From the NCBI GenBank assembly GCA_002723415.1, contig PBOA01000031.1, positions 23,991 to 87,990 on the forward strand: DNA of 64,000 nt. The letters run 5' to 3'. Every line of letters begins with the position of its first letter. The stretch's first letter is position 1. Shown in pieces: positions 1 to 10,317 of this stretch. Under the pieces are notes generated by a model. It did no database searches and was not told the DNA's origin. It saw nothing but the letters and a program-made list of their open reading frames with translations. The position numbers were made by a program, and so were the translations under genes. The DNA comes from Chloroflexota bacterium. GTDB taxonomy: Bacteria > Chloroflexota > Dehalococcoidia > Lucifugimonadales > GCA-002723415.

Positions 1-1
1 A

Positions 2-616
2 TTAGGTTTAGTTGTTGCGTATATAATCTACTATTTTTGGTTTACAAATAAAAATAAAATTTTTCATGTTAGACTTTTTAATAGAATTATTTTTATATTG
101 TTTGTTATTTTTTCTATTATTTCGTTATATTATGCTCCAGCTGCTATTAATAGCAAAATAGATTGTAATATTAATAGCAAAATAGATTGCAATAGATCTA
201 ATTTAAGTCTAAATGGTTTAGGATATTTAGAAGAAAATGAATATAATTCTATAATGTTTTTAATTTCATATGCTGAGTCTGAAGAAGTAATTTTAGAAGC
301 AGTTGGAGAATGGTTCGATATGGGATTAATATCAAGATCCTCAGGCCTTTCAAATATAGTAAATTGGCCTGGCCATCAATTACAATGGAGGAATATGAGT
401 AATGAAATATTTCAGAGAGAGAATCACATAAGAGAAATATATCAAACTCAGGATTTAAATAAATCACAAAGTTTAATAAATAAATATAAAGTATCTTATA
501 TATATGTAGGCCCACGTGAAAGAAATAAATATGGTGAATCTGGCATGGGTAAATTTAATTTTCTTTTTGAAGAAATATTTCATGAAGGGGATATTATAAT
601 TTACAAGGTTAATTAA
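2..616 (+). CDS. DUF2298 / TIGR03662 (Chlor_Arch_YYY) membrane protein, C-terminal part (5' truncated by window edge)
   Basis: Frame is open from base 2 (LGLVVAYIIYYFWF...). C-terminal motifs LNGLGYL, ILEAVG and SGLSNIVNWPGHQLQWR resemble DUF2298; a TIGR03663 gene, its usual partner, follows. Confidence 0.75.
   Translation, partial: LGLVVAYIIYYFWFTNKNKIFHVRLFNRIIFILFVIFSIISLYYAPAAINSKIDCNINSKIDCNRSNLSLNGLGYLEENEYNSIMFLISYAESEEVILEAVGEWFDMGLISRSSGLSNIVNWPGHQLQWRNMSNEIFQRENHIREIYQTQDLNKSQSLINKYKVSYIYVGPRERNKYGESGMGKFNFLFEEIFHEGDIIIYKVN
146..193 (+). repeat. 24-bp in-frame tandem duplication (INSKIDCN x2)
   Basis: attaatagcaaaatagattgtaat (146-169) then attaatagcaaaatagattgcaat (170-193); one synonymous difference. 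Confidence 0.95.
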
Positions 617-654
617 TAAGTTTAATTTTTAGAGGTTATAAATATAGAACTATT

Positions 655-2745
655 GTGAATATAAAAATTTATTCTATTTTCAATCATTCTGTTAAATTAA
701 TAAAGAACAATTTTAATTATTATTATTTATTAATTATAATGATTGCATTTATTTTAAGAATTTGGGACTTATCTTCTCGAGCGATACATCATGATGAAAG
801 TTTACATTCATTTTATTCATGGATGTTTACTAAATATGTAGACATCTTACATTTAGAAATTTTCGGATTTAAAATACCTTATTATTTTACTTTTGGAAAT
901 GGATATGAGCATAACCCCATGCTACATGGTCCATTACAATTTGAATTTAATGCATTCATTTTTACTATTTTTGGTTCTAGTGATTTTACTAGTAGAATAT
1001 TATACGTGATTTTTGGTTCATTATTAGTAGGATTACCTTATTTTTTTCGATTTAAATTAGGTAATTTAGGGGCTATCTTTACATCTCTTTTGCTGTGTTT
1101 ATCTCCAACGATGTTGTATTTTAGTCGATTTGCTAGAAATGATATATTAATTGCTTTTTGGACTTTCTCTATAGTTATATTAATATGGAAATATATTGAG
1201 GAAAATAAAAATCATTATTTGTATATGATAGCTGCTTTTTTAGCTCTATCTTTTGCTACTAAAGAAAATACATATATATTAATAGTGACCATTTTGTCTT
1301 CAATAGCTTTTATTTCAATTCCTGACTTTAAAACTAATATTGTTAGGAATATGAATATTTATAGTTTATCTCCACCTGTAGCTTTTTATAAATTAAGTAT
1401 GAGGACATTTTATTTTATATTTGGAAAATTTAATTTACGTTTAGATAAAGCTCCACTAAATTTATTAATCTTGATTTTTTTGCTTACTTTACCACAATGG
1501 GCAGCATTATTTGCTGTATTACAGGATTCGGTCATACTTAATTGGACTAATTTAACTTTAGCTACTAATATGGAGTTAGCTCAAAGTGAGGGGCTCTCAG
1601 TTGGAATACCCATTGGTGGAGGAGTGGTTATAGCTGTACTAATAGTAACATTATTAATTATTCTGTCGATGTATTTTGGTTACCTTTGGAATTGGAAAAT
1701 CTGGTGGAAATCTTCAGCAATATTTTATGGGATATGGTTATTAGCTTATACAAAATTCTTTACTGATTTATCAGGTATAGGTTCAGGTGTTTGGCAATCC
1801 TTAGGTTATTGGGTCGTACAGCAAGAAGTAGCTAGGGGAGGACAGCCTTGGTATTATTACATTTATACTATGAGTATTTATGAATTTTTTAGTATATTTT
1901 TCTTTATCTTTTCTTTCTTTTTTTATTTTAAAAAAATGCCAGCTTTTGTTCGGTTTTTGCTTTCTTGGAGCTTGTTAACATTTATTGCTTACACTATAGC
2001 AAGTGAAAAAATGCCATGGTTAATGGTTCATATATCTTTACCTTTGATATGTATGACTGGTTATTTTTTAGGGGATAATGTAAGTGTTTTAAAATCTCTT
2101 TTCACAAATTTTAAAACAATATATAAATTTAATATCAATAAAAAATTAATATCTATAGGGACATTTACTTTCTTGATCATTATGACATTTAGTTTTTCAG
2201 TATTCGTAGGATTTAAAGCAGCTTATATACATTCTGATGAACCCTTGGGACCTATAATATATACCCAAACTTCTTCGGATATATCAGATTTGAATGATGA
2301 TATATTAGATTGGTCAATAAAGTCGGGTGATTTTGAGAAATTGCCTATATTAATTGATACAACAAGCGGTTTTACATGGCCTTGGCAATGGTATTTGAGA
2401 GAATTTGAAAATGTATATTGGACAGACTTTTCTAATTATAACAGTGATAATAGCTCATATCATAAGTCTTTATTGTCCAATAGAGAAATTCTAGTTATTC
2501 ATGAAAAAAATTTAGAAATAGTTACTAGTATGTTGAGTGATAATTTTGAGGACCCTTTAAAAATACGACATAGAAGTTGGTATCCAGAAGTAATTTATAG
2601 AAACTTTGAAATCACTAATATATTAAAATTTGAATTTTGGCATAAAACATATAGGTATTTATTTTTCAATGAAGGAGTGGCAGATAGAATAGGTAGTGAA
2701 AATTCATTTGTCATAATTAGCAAAAATATATCTGAATTAGAATAA
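655..2745 (+). CDS. TIGR03663 / Agl23-family GT-C (PMT-like) membrane protein
   Basis: Polytopic protein with the invariant DE (HHDES) and HGP (LHGPL) motifs plus FSRFARND and YYY-like WYYY; adjacent to the DUF2298 gene. Confidence 0.8.
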   Translation: MNIKIYSIFNHSVKLIKNNFNYYYLLIIMIAFILRIWDLSSRAIHHDESLHSFYSWMFTKYVDILHLEIFGFKIPYYFTFGNGYEHNPMLHGPLQFEFNAFIFTIFGSSDFTSRILYVIFGSLLVGLPYFFRFKLGNLGAIFTSLLLCLSPTMLYFSRFARNDILIAFWTFSIVILIWKYIEENKNHYLYMIAAFLALSFATKENTYILIVTILSSIAFISIPDFKTNIVRNMNIYSLSPPVAFYKLSMRTFYFIFGKFNLRLDKAPLNLLILIFLLTLPQWAALFAVLQDSVILNWTNLTLATNMELAQSEGLSVGIPIGGGVVIAVLIVTLLIILSMYFGYLWNWKIWWKSSAIFYGIWLLAYTKFFTDLSGIGSGVWQSLGYWVVQQEVARGGQPWYYYIYTMSIYEFFSIFFFIFSFFFYFKKMPAFVRFLLSWSLLTFIAYTIASEKMPWLMVHISLPLICMTGYFLGDNVSVLKSLFTNFKTIYKFNINKKLISIGTFTFLIIMTFSFSVFVGFKAAYIHSDEPLGPIIYTQTSSDISDLNDDILDWSIKSGDFEKLPILIDTTSGFTWPWQWYLREFENVYWTDFSNYNSDNSSYHKSLLSNREILVIHEKNLEIVTSMLSDNFEDPLKIRHRSWYPEVIYRNFEITNILKFEFWHKTYRYLFFNEGVADRIGSENSFVIISKNISELE

Positions 2746-2768
2746 TTGATTGAGTATAGGATTATAAA

Positions 2769-3809
2769 TTGATCTATTTAATTAAATTAATTGTAGCATT
2801 CGGACTTAGTACAATTTTGTTAGGAGTTTTTATATTTACTGTTGATATAAAAACAATGATGGATTCAATTTTTGAATCAGATTACCGATATTATTTGCCA
2901 GCTTTTGTAATGTATTTGATTTCATTGTTTTTTCGTACTATGCGCTGGAAAGTTTTATTAATTCCTATTAAAGAGATTAAAATATCTAGACTTTTCCCTA
3001 TTGTAATTGTAGGTTATATGGCAAATAATTTATTACCATTTAGGATAGGTGAATTAACTCGAGCTTATTATACTGGCTTGAGAGAAGATATTAGTAAAAT
3101 TACAGTATTATCTACAATATTTTTAGAAAGAATACTAGACGCACTTACATTATTATCATTTATTTTTATAATTGGTTTAATTTTACCATTATCTGGTTTT
3201 TTTGAGTTTGTAGAAGAATCTTTTGGTTTAAATAGACTGATTATAATCTTTTTATTTATTTTTCCATTTATTTTATTTTTTTTAATAATTATGTTGATTT
3301 CGTATTTCCCAAGAAATTCACAGATTATTTTTTCGAAAATATGGTCTTTTGCTCCTGGAAATATTGTTGTTTATTTATCAAGTATTTCAGAAAATTTAAT
3401 TAATGGATTAATGTCCGTTAGAGAATCTAAAAAATTATTTATATTATTTGTTTTATCAATTCCTATTTGGATTTTTGAATCGGGGTTGTTTTTTTTCATA
3501 GGTCTTTCATTTGATTTAGATTATGTATATCAAAATATTTTATATATGAGTTTATATATGATTTTGATTACATCCATAGTGAATATTGGAAGTTCAATTC
3601 CAGCTGCACCTGGTGGCTTAGGGTTATTTGAATTGATTGCTAGAGAAACATTAATATTCTCATCACTTGGAATTATTGATAGGTCTATAGCTGGAGGATT
3701 TGCTACTTTATCACATGCAATTTTAATTATTCCAGTTATAATTATTGGGCAATTAATTTTATTTTTTTCAAATATATCATTTTTTAAATTAATTAAATCT
3801 TCAAATTAA
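2769..3809 (+). CDS. Lysylphosphatidylglycerol synthase TM / UPF0104 flippase-like protein
   Basis: RTMRWKVLL, GYMANNLLPFRIGELTR, ERILD and PAAPGGLGLFE motifs; about 8 TM segments. Confidence 0.85.
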   Translation: MIYLIKLIVAFGLSTILLGVFIFTVDIKTMMDSIFESDYRYYLPAFVMYLISLFFRTMRWKVLLIPIKEIKISRLFPIVIVGYMANNLLPFRIGELTRAYYTGLREDISKITVLSTIFLERILDALTLLSFIFIIGLILPLSGFFEFVEESFGLNRLIIIFLFIFPFILFFLIIMLISYFPRNSQIIFSKIWSFAPGNIVVYLSSISENLINGLMSVRESKKLFILFVLSIPIWIFESGLFFFIGLSFDLDYVYQNILYMSLYMILITSIVNIGSSIPAAPGGLGLFELIARETLIFSSLGIIDRSIAGGFATLSHAILIIPVIIIGQLILFFSNISFFKLIKSSN

Positions 3810-3855
3810 TTTTTGAATATAGTATTTTATATATATCATAAAATTAGGAGAAACA

Positions 3856-5175
3856 GTGAAAGTAGTAATTATAGGTGCTGGAGCAACAGGTATGGCTGCT
3901 GCCTACGACCTAAGTGCCAATGGTCATTTGCCAATAATATATGAGTCAGCACCGTTTTTAGGTGGGCATGCTTCAACTTTTGACATTGGAGGAGCACAAA
4001 TAGAACGAGGTTATCATCATTGGTTTACAAATGATATTGATATAATTAATTTTGTAAATGAAATTGGATTAGGTGATAGGATTAAATGGTTTGAATCAAA
4101 AGTTGGAACATTAGTTAATGGGAAGATATATCCGTTTGGTTCACCTATAGATTTATTGAAATTTTCTGCTTTAAGTATAATCGATAGACTTAAATTAGGT
4201 TTTGCTACGTTATATATCCAAAAAAAGAAAAATTATAAAGATTTTGAACATATAACAGCATCTCATTGGTTAAGAAAAAATGTTGGTAAAAATGGATATG
4301 AAACCTTTTGGGAACCTATGTTGAGAGGCAAATTTGGAGTGAAATTTTATGAGAAAATAAGCATGGCTTGGATTTGGGGTAAAATGCATACTAGATTAGC
4401 TTCAAGAGGTTCGAGTTTCTCAAAAGAAAAACTAGGTTATCCTATTGGAAGTTTTTCTGAAATATTTGAAGTGCTTAGTAATAAAATAATTCAATCAGGA
4501 GGAGAAATTAATTTATCTACATCAGTTAGTAAAATACTTGTTGATAATGGGAAATTTACTGGATTGGAGTTGGCAAAAAATAATACGAAAACAGATTTAC
4601 AATATGATGCTTGCCTAGTTACAACTCCATCGCATATTTTTCAAAAACTTGTAGGAAATAATTTGACTAATTCTTATAGGGAAAAACTTGATTCAATAAA
4701 ATATATGTCAGCAGTATTATTAATATTATGTTTAGACAGGCCTTTGACTGATAAATATTGGTTAAATATAGCCGATAGGTCTATACCATTTGTCGCTGTT
4801 ATTGAGCACACTAATTTTATTAATTCTGATCTTTACTCTGGTAAACATATTGTTTATTTGTCAAATTATTTAGATAGTGATAATTATATGTATAATATGT
4901 CACATAATGAATTGTTAGAACATTATATACCTCATTTGAAAAAAATAAATTCAGATTTCAATTCTGATTGGATACAAAATTCGTATCATCATAGGATTGA
5001 TTGTGCACAACCTATAATAGGTGTAAATTATTCTAAAATTATTCCGTCCCATAAAACACCCGTTAAAAATTTATTTTTAGCAAATACTTCCCAAGTATAT
5101 CCTGAAGACAGGGGAACTAATTATAGTGTGCGTATGGGACGTAATTTAGCTAAAATGATAATGGAAACTTGTTAG
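3856..5175 (+). CDS. FAD-dependent oxidoreductase (amine oxidase/HemY-like, PRK07233-type)
   Basis: N-terminal GAGATG dinucleotide fold, ERGYHHWF, EPMLRGKFG and C-terminal YPEDRGTNYSV. Confidence 0.8.
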   Translation: MKVVIIGAGATGMAAAYDLSANGHLPIIYESAPFLGGHASTFDIGGAQIERGYHHWFTNDIDIINFVNEIGLGDRIKWFESKVGTLVNGKIYPFGSPIDLLKFSALSIIDRLKLGFATLYIQKKKNYKDFEHITASHWLRKNVGKNGYETFWEPMLRGKFGVKFYEKISMAWIWGKMHTRLASRGSSFSKEKLGYPIGSFSEIFEVLSNKIIQSGGEINLSTSVSKILVDNGKFTGLELAKNNTKTDLQYDACLVTTPSHIFQKLVGNNLTNSYREKLDSIKYMSAVLLILCLDRPLTDKYWLNIADRSIPFVAVIEHTNFINSDLYSGKHIVYLSNYLDSDNYMYNMSHNELLEHYIPHLKKINSDFNSDWIQNSYHHRIDCAQPIIGVNYSKIIPSHKTPVKNLFLANTSQVYPEDRGTNYSVRMGRNLAKMIMETC

Positions 5176-5271
5176 TATTTATTAATAGTTATAAATATAT
5201 ATAATATAGTTCTTGTAGCAAATAATTTGGTATGCTATTATTCTATATTATGTATATTTATGGAGGTTTAA

Positions 5272-5751
5272 TTGCAGATCGATAATGATCGATTTCGAGA
5301 AGAAATCAATAAAGAACTTTCTTCTCAAACCCGTCCTACTATTACTGTATTATCTTCTTTATTAGCTATTCAAGATAAATTTGGATATATACCTGAATTG
5401 GCTATTGATGTTATTGCCCAGTATACTGAGCATACAATAAATGAAGTTTGGGGAGTGGCTTCCTTTTATCCAAACTTTAGGTTTACAAAACCAGGAGAAA
5501 ATATGCTTGAAATATGCTGGGGGCCTACATGCCATTTGGCTGGATCCTCTAAAATATTAAATGATATTCAAGAAGCGTTAGGTCTTGATGGTGAAGGTGA
5601 AACAATCAATAATAAATTTACTTTAAAATATAACACTTGTTTGGGGGCTTGTTCTCAAGCTCCGGTTATTAGTATTAATCATGATTTTATAGGTAATTCA
5701 ACTTCTGAAAGTGTTTTAGAAAAATTATCAAAAATAGACCCTAAATTATAA
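5272..5751 (+). CDS. nuoE: NuoE/HoxE-like [2Fe-2S] subunit
   Basis: GVASFYPNF, CWGPTC and CLGAC give the thioredoxin-like 2Fe-2S ligand set. Confidence 0.85.
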   Translation: MQIDNDRFREEINKELSSQTRPTITVLSSLLAIQDKFGYIPELAIDVIAQYTEHTINEVWGVASFYPNFRFTKPGENMLEICWGPTCHLAGSSKILNDIQEALGLDGEGETINNKFTLKYNTCLGACSQAPVISINHDFIGNSTSESVLEKLSKIDPKL

Positions 5752-5752
5752 A

Positions 5753-7537
5753 ATGTTGCATTATACAGATCTTAAAGAATTAGCAAATGATAAATGGTTA
5801 GAATTAAATTCGGGTAATAAGCCTTGGATTCGTGTAGGAACAGCTATATGTGGAAAAGCTGCTGGAGCTGATTATGTATTAGATAAGCTTAAAATAGTTT
5901 TAAGTGAATTAAACATCGACTATATCATTGATGAAGTCGGTTGTTTAGGGATATGTTTTGCAGAACCTTTAGTAGATATCACCCTGGAAAATGGGAGAAG
6001 AGTTTTTTATAAAAACGTGTCTGTAGATGACATAAACACCATTATTGATGACTCTATTGTTGAAAATAAATTTAATCACTCTAGTTTGTTAGGAATTCTT
6101 ACTAGTAATGTTGATAATAATGCTATTGGTGAGAATGATTTGCCAGACCTGAATGAATTGCCAGGCATTAAATACCAAAAAAAAATTGCCTTAAGTAATG
6201 CTGGGAATGTTTCTCCATTTGATTTATATCATTATGTTTCGCAGGGAGGTTATTTAGCTTTAAATAAAGCTGTAAATCATATGACACCTGATGAAGTAAT
6301 TAAAGAAGTATCTGATTCAGGCCTTAGAGGAAGAGGTGGCGCAGCTTTTCCAACGGGCTTTAAATGGAGCTTCTTAGTAAAATCAGATAATCCAAGTAAA
6401 TACGTATTATGTAACTGTGAAGAAGGTGATCCTGGTGCTTATAACGATAAAGGAATATTAGAAAGCGATCCTTTTAAACTTTTAGAAGGGTTAACTATAG
6501 CTGGATATGCTACAAGATCATCAAATGGAATTGTATTTATAAGACATGGACATGATGGTCCTATAGATCGAATGGAAAATGCAATAAAAAGAGCATATGA
6601 TGAAGGGTTACTAGGGAAAAATATTTTTGATTCGGGTTTTGATTTTGACGTGGAAATTTCTTTAACTGGTGAATCATATGTCGCAGGTGAAGAATCTGCT
6701 TTAATGGAGTCAATTGAAGGCAAAAGGTCCCAACCTAGATTTAGGCCTCCATTTCCAGCACAATTTGGAGTTTGGGGTAAGCCGAGTAATATTAATAATG
6801 TTAAAACATTGACATATGTTCCAGATATAATTTCTAATGGAAGTAATTGGTTTGCCAATATTGGAGTTCAAGGAAATAAAGAGAAAAAGATTCAAGGTAG
6901 TACGGGTACTGCTATTGTATGTTTATCAGGTAATATTAAATTTCCAGGATTATATGAAGTCCCTATGGGTCTTAGTTTAAGGGACGTTATTTATAAAATA
7001 GGTGGAGGAACTGCCTCTGGTAAAGAATTGAAAGTTTTACAAACTGGCGGGCCTCTAGGTGGAGTGTTAGATTCGAATAGTTTAGATATTCATTTGGATT
7101 TTGACGAGATGAAGAGTGCAGGTGCTATTTTGGGCTCAGGGGGAATTATTGTTGGAGATATAGAAACTTGTGTTGTAGATTTGACTCGAGTACTTGTTGC
7201 TTTTTGCCAATATGAATCTTGTGGAAAATGTTTTCCTTGTAGGTTAGGTATGGAGCAAATTTTAGAAATTACTGAACGTATGGTTAAATGTGAGAGCTCT
7301 GAATATGATCTTGAACTTATTAAAAATGTTGGTCAAAATATGGAAAAGGCTTCTTTATGTGGTCATGGTCAGCTTGGCTATGGGCCTATTCGCTCAGCAT
7401 TAAAGTATTTTGAATCAGATTTTAAGTCACATATCATTGATAAAAAATGTCCTACGGGTAGCTGTGTTCAACCTATGATATCTCCTAAAAATACAAGACC
7501 TTATGGAATCCTTCAAATTAATAAAGGAGGTGAGTAG
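5753..7537 (+). CDS. nuoF: NuoF/HoxF-like FMN/NAD(H)-binding subunit with N-terminal Trx-like Fe-S domain
   Basis: SGLRGRGGAAFPTGFKW, CNCEEGDPGA, YVAGEESAL, CGKCFPCR and SLCGHGQ; no C-terminal 2x[4Fe-4S] domain. Confidence 0.9.
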   Translation: MLHYTDLKELANDKWLELNSGNKPWIRVGTAICGKAAGADYVLDKLKIVLSELNIDYIIDEVGCLGICFAEPLVDITLENGRRVFYKNVSVDDINTIIDDSIVENKFNHSSLLGILTSNVDNNAIGENDLPDLNELPGIKYQKKIALSNAGNVSPFDLYHYVSQGGYLALNKAVNHMTPDEVIKEVSDSGLRGRGGAAFPTGFKWSFLVKSDNPSKYVLCNCEEGDPGAYNDKGILESDPFKLLEGLTIAGYATRSSNGIVFIRHGHDGPIDRMENAIKRAYDEGLLGKNIFDSGFDFDVEISLTGESYVAGEESALMESIEGKRSQPRFRPPFPAQFGVWGKPSNINNVKTLTYVPDIISNGSNWFANIGVQGNKEKKIQGSTGTAIVCLSGNIKFPGLYEVPMGLSLRDVIYKIGGGTASGKELKVLQTGGPLGGVLDSNSLDIHLDFDEMKSAGAILGSGGIIVGDIETCVVDLTRVLVAFCQYESCGKCFPCRLGMEQILEITERMVKCESSEYDLELIKNVGQNMEKASLCGHGQLGYGPIRSALKYFESDFKSHIIDKKCPTGSCVQPMISPKNTRPYGILQINKGGE

Positions 7538-10275
7538 TGGTAGATGAAATAACTTTTACTTTAGATGGAGAAGAAATTAAAGCAAAAAATGGTTCTAATA
7601 TACTTCAAGCAGCTATTGATTCTGAAAAATACATACCATATTTGTGTTATTATCCTGGAATGAAATCTTTTGGTGCTTGTAGGATGTGTGTCGTTGAAGT
7701 AGAGCAAATTGGACCTGATGGAAATTATAGGCCTATTCCTGGAACACCAGCAGCGTGTACTACACCAGTTAATGAAGGTATGAAAGTAACTACAAAAAAT
7801 AATAATATTAATTCTACACGTAAAGGGATAATGGATTTACTTTTGACTGAACATCCTCATGGTTGTTTAACTTGTCATAGAGTAGAATTATGTGGCCCTT
7901 CAGATGTTTGTCTTAGGCATGTTTCTGTTAATGACAGATGTGTGACATGTCCTAAAAATGAAAGATGTGAATTGAAAGATACTGTTAGATATTTAGAGAT
8001 GGATATGGATTCTCCATTATCATATAACAATCGTAACATCCCTTTGAAAACAGATGATCCATTTTGGGATATGGATATGAATTTATGTATTGCTTGTGTT
8101 AGATGTGTTAGAGTGTGTGATGAGATCAGAGGCGATAATGCTATTACTTTATTAGAAAGATCTGGTAAAACCTTAATTGGAACAGCAAAAGGTACGTCTT
8201 TAATTGAATCTGGTTGTGAGTTTTGCGGTGCATGCATAGATGTCTGTCCAACGGGAGCATTAGTCGAAAGAAAATACAAATGGGATAAAGCTGTAAAAAA
8301 GATTTCTACAGTTTGTACAATTTGCCCTGTAGGATGTAAATTAGACTTTGAAATTGATAAAAGAAATAGATTGATTCGATCAATTCCCGATTTAAACGGT
8401 TTTTCTAACCGTGGTCAAGGGTGTTTTAAAAGCAAGTTTGGATTAGAATTTTTAAACACACAAAATCGTATAAAAACTCCAATGATTAGAAATGATAAAT
8501 CTGCTAATTTAGAAAGGGTTTCATGGCTTGATATTATTGATCATATTGCTAAGAATTTAAATAATTATAAAGGAACTCAATTTGCAGCAATTGGGTCTGG
8601 AAACGCTAGTAATGAAGATAATTTTTTAATTCAAAAATTTGCAAGAGTAGTTATGCAATCAAACAATGTTGATATTTCTACAAATTTTAAACCTCAATTA
8701 TCTGATATAACTAGAGAATTGACAGGTAATATAAGACCAGAAAACACTATATGGGATATAGAAAAATCAGATGTAATTATGGTTGTTAGTTCTGATTTGC
8801 TTCCAGAATATAATGTAGTTGGTTTGCCTGTAAAGCGTGCAGTTATGAATGGTTCTAAATTGATTGTTATAGACCAAAGAGATACTGAAATTTCAAAACA
8901 TGCTTCTCATGTGGTTAAAATTAAACCAAATACTGAGGGAATTTTTATTTTTGGGATGATTAGAGTGATTTTAGATGAATCATTAGATAATCATGATTTT
9001 TTGTATGCAAATGTTTTAAATATTGCAGAATTTAGAAAATCTATTTGGTCATACGATGTTAAAAAAGTTTCTGAAATAACTGGAGCTTCTATTGATACAA
9101 TTAAAGAAACTGCTCGGACTTTTGCTAAGGCAGGATTTGGCTCGATAATATATGCCTTAGAAACTGTTGATGATAATTACTTAAATGAATGTGTGAAATC
9201 CATTTATGATTTGTCATTAATTACAGGTAATTATGGCAATCAAATTGGTGGTTTATACCCCTTAAGTCCTGGGGGAAATGAAAAGGGTTCTAAAGATGTT
9301 GGATGTAATCCTAATTATTTACCTGGATATCAGAGTTATTCAAATAAAAAAGATTTAGAACAAATTTGGAATTGTAATCTTTCAGATTTGGAAGGTAAAG
9401 GTCTTAAAAAACTTATTAAATCTATTAATGATGGTGAAATTAAGTGTTTATATTTTGTTGGAGATTTACCTAATTTGTCTAATATGGAAACCAAGGATTT
9501 TATTGATTCATTAAGTAAATTAGAGTTTTTAATAATAGAGGATTGTATTGATACAGAACTCAGTAAATTTGCTGATGTTATTTTGCCTTCAAGTAATTTT
9601 GCTGAAGGTTTTGGTTCTGTTACGAATTTAGAAGGTTTGGTCCAATTAATTTCTCCTGCATTAGGTTTTAAAAATGATCAAGAATATACCTGGAAAATAT
9701 TAAGTAAAATAGCACTTGCTATGGGTTATAATTCATTTAATTATCAAAATACTCAACAGATTTTTGATGAAATCGTTAAGATTATACCTGCTTATACAGG
9801 GCTCACATATGATTTAATTAAATCTGAAGATTGTATTATCAAAAATCATAACACATCTGAGGAAACAGTAAGCAAAAAATATAATTTATCTATTGTAGAT
9901 AAATATGAGCCAAAGATTTATGAAAATAATGATTTTCCTCTATTATTAAGCCTATCATATATTTTACATGATTCTGATGTTGATACTAAAGTAGTTAATA
10001 ATAATGGTCGTGAAATTATTCGAACGCCTTTAATACATATAAATAAAAATGATGCTTTAAAATATCAGATTTCTAATGGAGATACTATTGTTATATCAGC
10101 AGAAGGCTTAGAAATTACAGGTAAAGTGATTATAGATGGTAATCTTTCGGGTGTTATATCTACAAATTTGTTATTCGGTGAATCTATTAGTAATTTAGAA
10201 AAAGGGTCTGATCTGAGAGGTCTTATTAATTTAAATTCTCAAAAATTAATTTCTGCTAAAATAGAAAAACAATAA
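7537..10275 (+). CDS. NuoG/FdhA-like Fe-S protein with molybdopterin-oxidoreductase fold lacking the Mo ligand
   Basis: 2Fe-2S motif (LC..GACRMC..AC), His-ligated cluster with Cys-rich insert, two CxxCxxC motifs and CTICPVGC..GC. The FDH NNxDxCxRxC/UH segment reads SNNVDISTNF. Confidence 0.85.
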   Translation: MVDEITFTLDGEEIKAKNGSNILQAAIDSEKYIPYLCYYPGMKSFGACRMCVVEVEQIGPDGNYRPIPGTPAACTTPVNEGMKVTTKNNNINSTRKGIMDLLLTEHPHGCLTCHRVELCGPSDVCLRHVSVNDRCVTCPKNERCELKDTVRYLEMDMDSPLSYNNRNIPLKTDDPFWDMDMNLCIACVRCVRVCDEIRGDNAITLLERSGKTLIGTAKGTSLIESGCEFCGACIDVCPTGALVERKYKWDKAVKKISTVCTICPVGCKLDFEIDKRNRLIRSIPDLNGFSNRGQGCFKSKFGLEFLNTQNRIKTPMIRNDKSANLERVSWLDIIDHIAKNLNNYKGTQFAAIGSGNASNEDNFLIQKFARVVMQSNNVDISTNFKPQLSDITRELTGNIRPENTIWDIEKSDVIMVVSSDLLPEYNVVGLPVKRAVMNGSKLIVIDQRDTEISKHASHVVKIKPNTEGIFIFGMIRVILDESLDNHDFLYANVLNIAEFRKSIWSYDVKKVSEITGASIDTIKETARTFAKAGFGSIIYALETVDDNYLNECVKSIYDLSLITGNYGNQIGGLYPLSPGGNEKGSKDVGCNPNYLPGYQSYSNKKDLEQIWNCNLSDLEGKGLKKLIKSINDGEIKCLYFVGDLPNLSNMETKDFIDSLSKLEFLIIEDCIDTELSKFADVILPSSNFAEGFGSVTNLEGLVQLISPALGFKNDQEYTWKILSKIALAMGYNSFNYQNTQQIFDEIVKIIPAYTGLTYDLIKSEDCIIKNHNTSEETVSKKYNLSIVDKYEPKIYENNDFPLLLSLSYILHDSDVDTKVVNNNGREIIRTPLIHINKNDALKYQISNGDTIVISAEGLEITGKVIIDGNLSGVISTNLLFGESISNLEKGSDLRGLINLNSQKLISAKIEKQ

Positions 10276-10317
10276 TACAATAAATATTCTATATTTAAAT
10301 GCAATTAGGAAGAGTTT

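Noticed and set aside
7537-10275. Formate dehydrogenase alpha or [FeFe]-hydrogenase
   Set aside because: No Mo-ligating Cys/Sec-His (and no in-frame TGA) at the expected site, and no H-cluster motifs.
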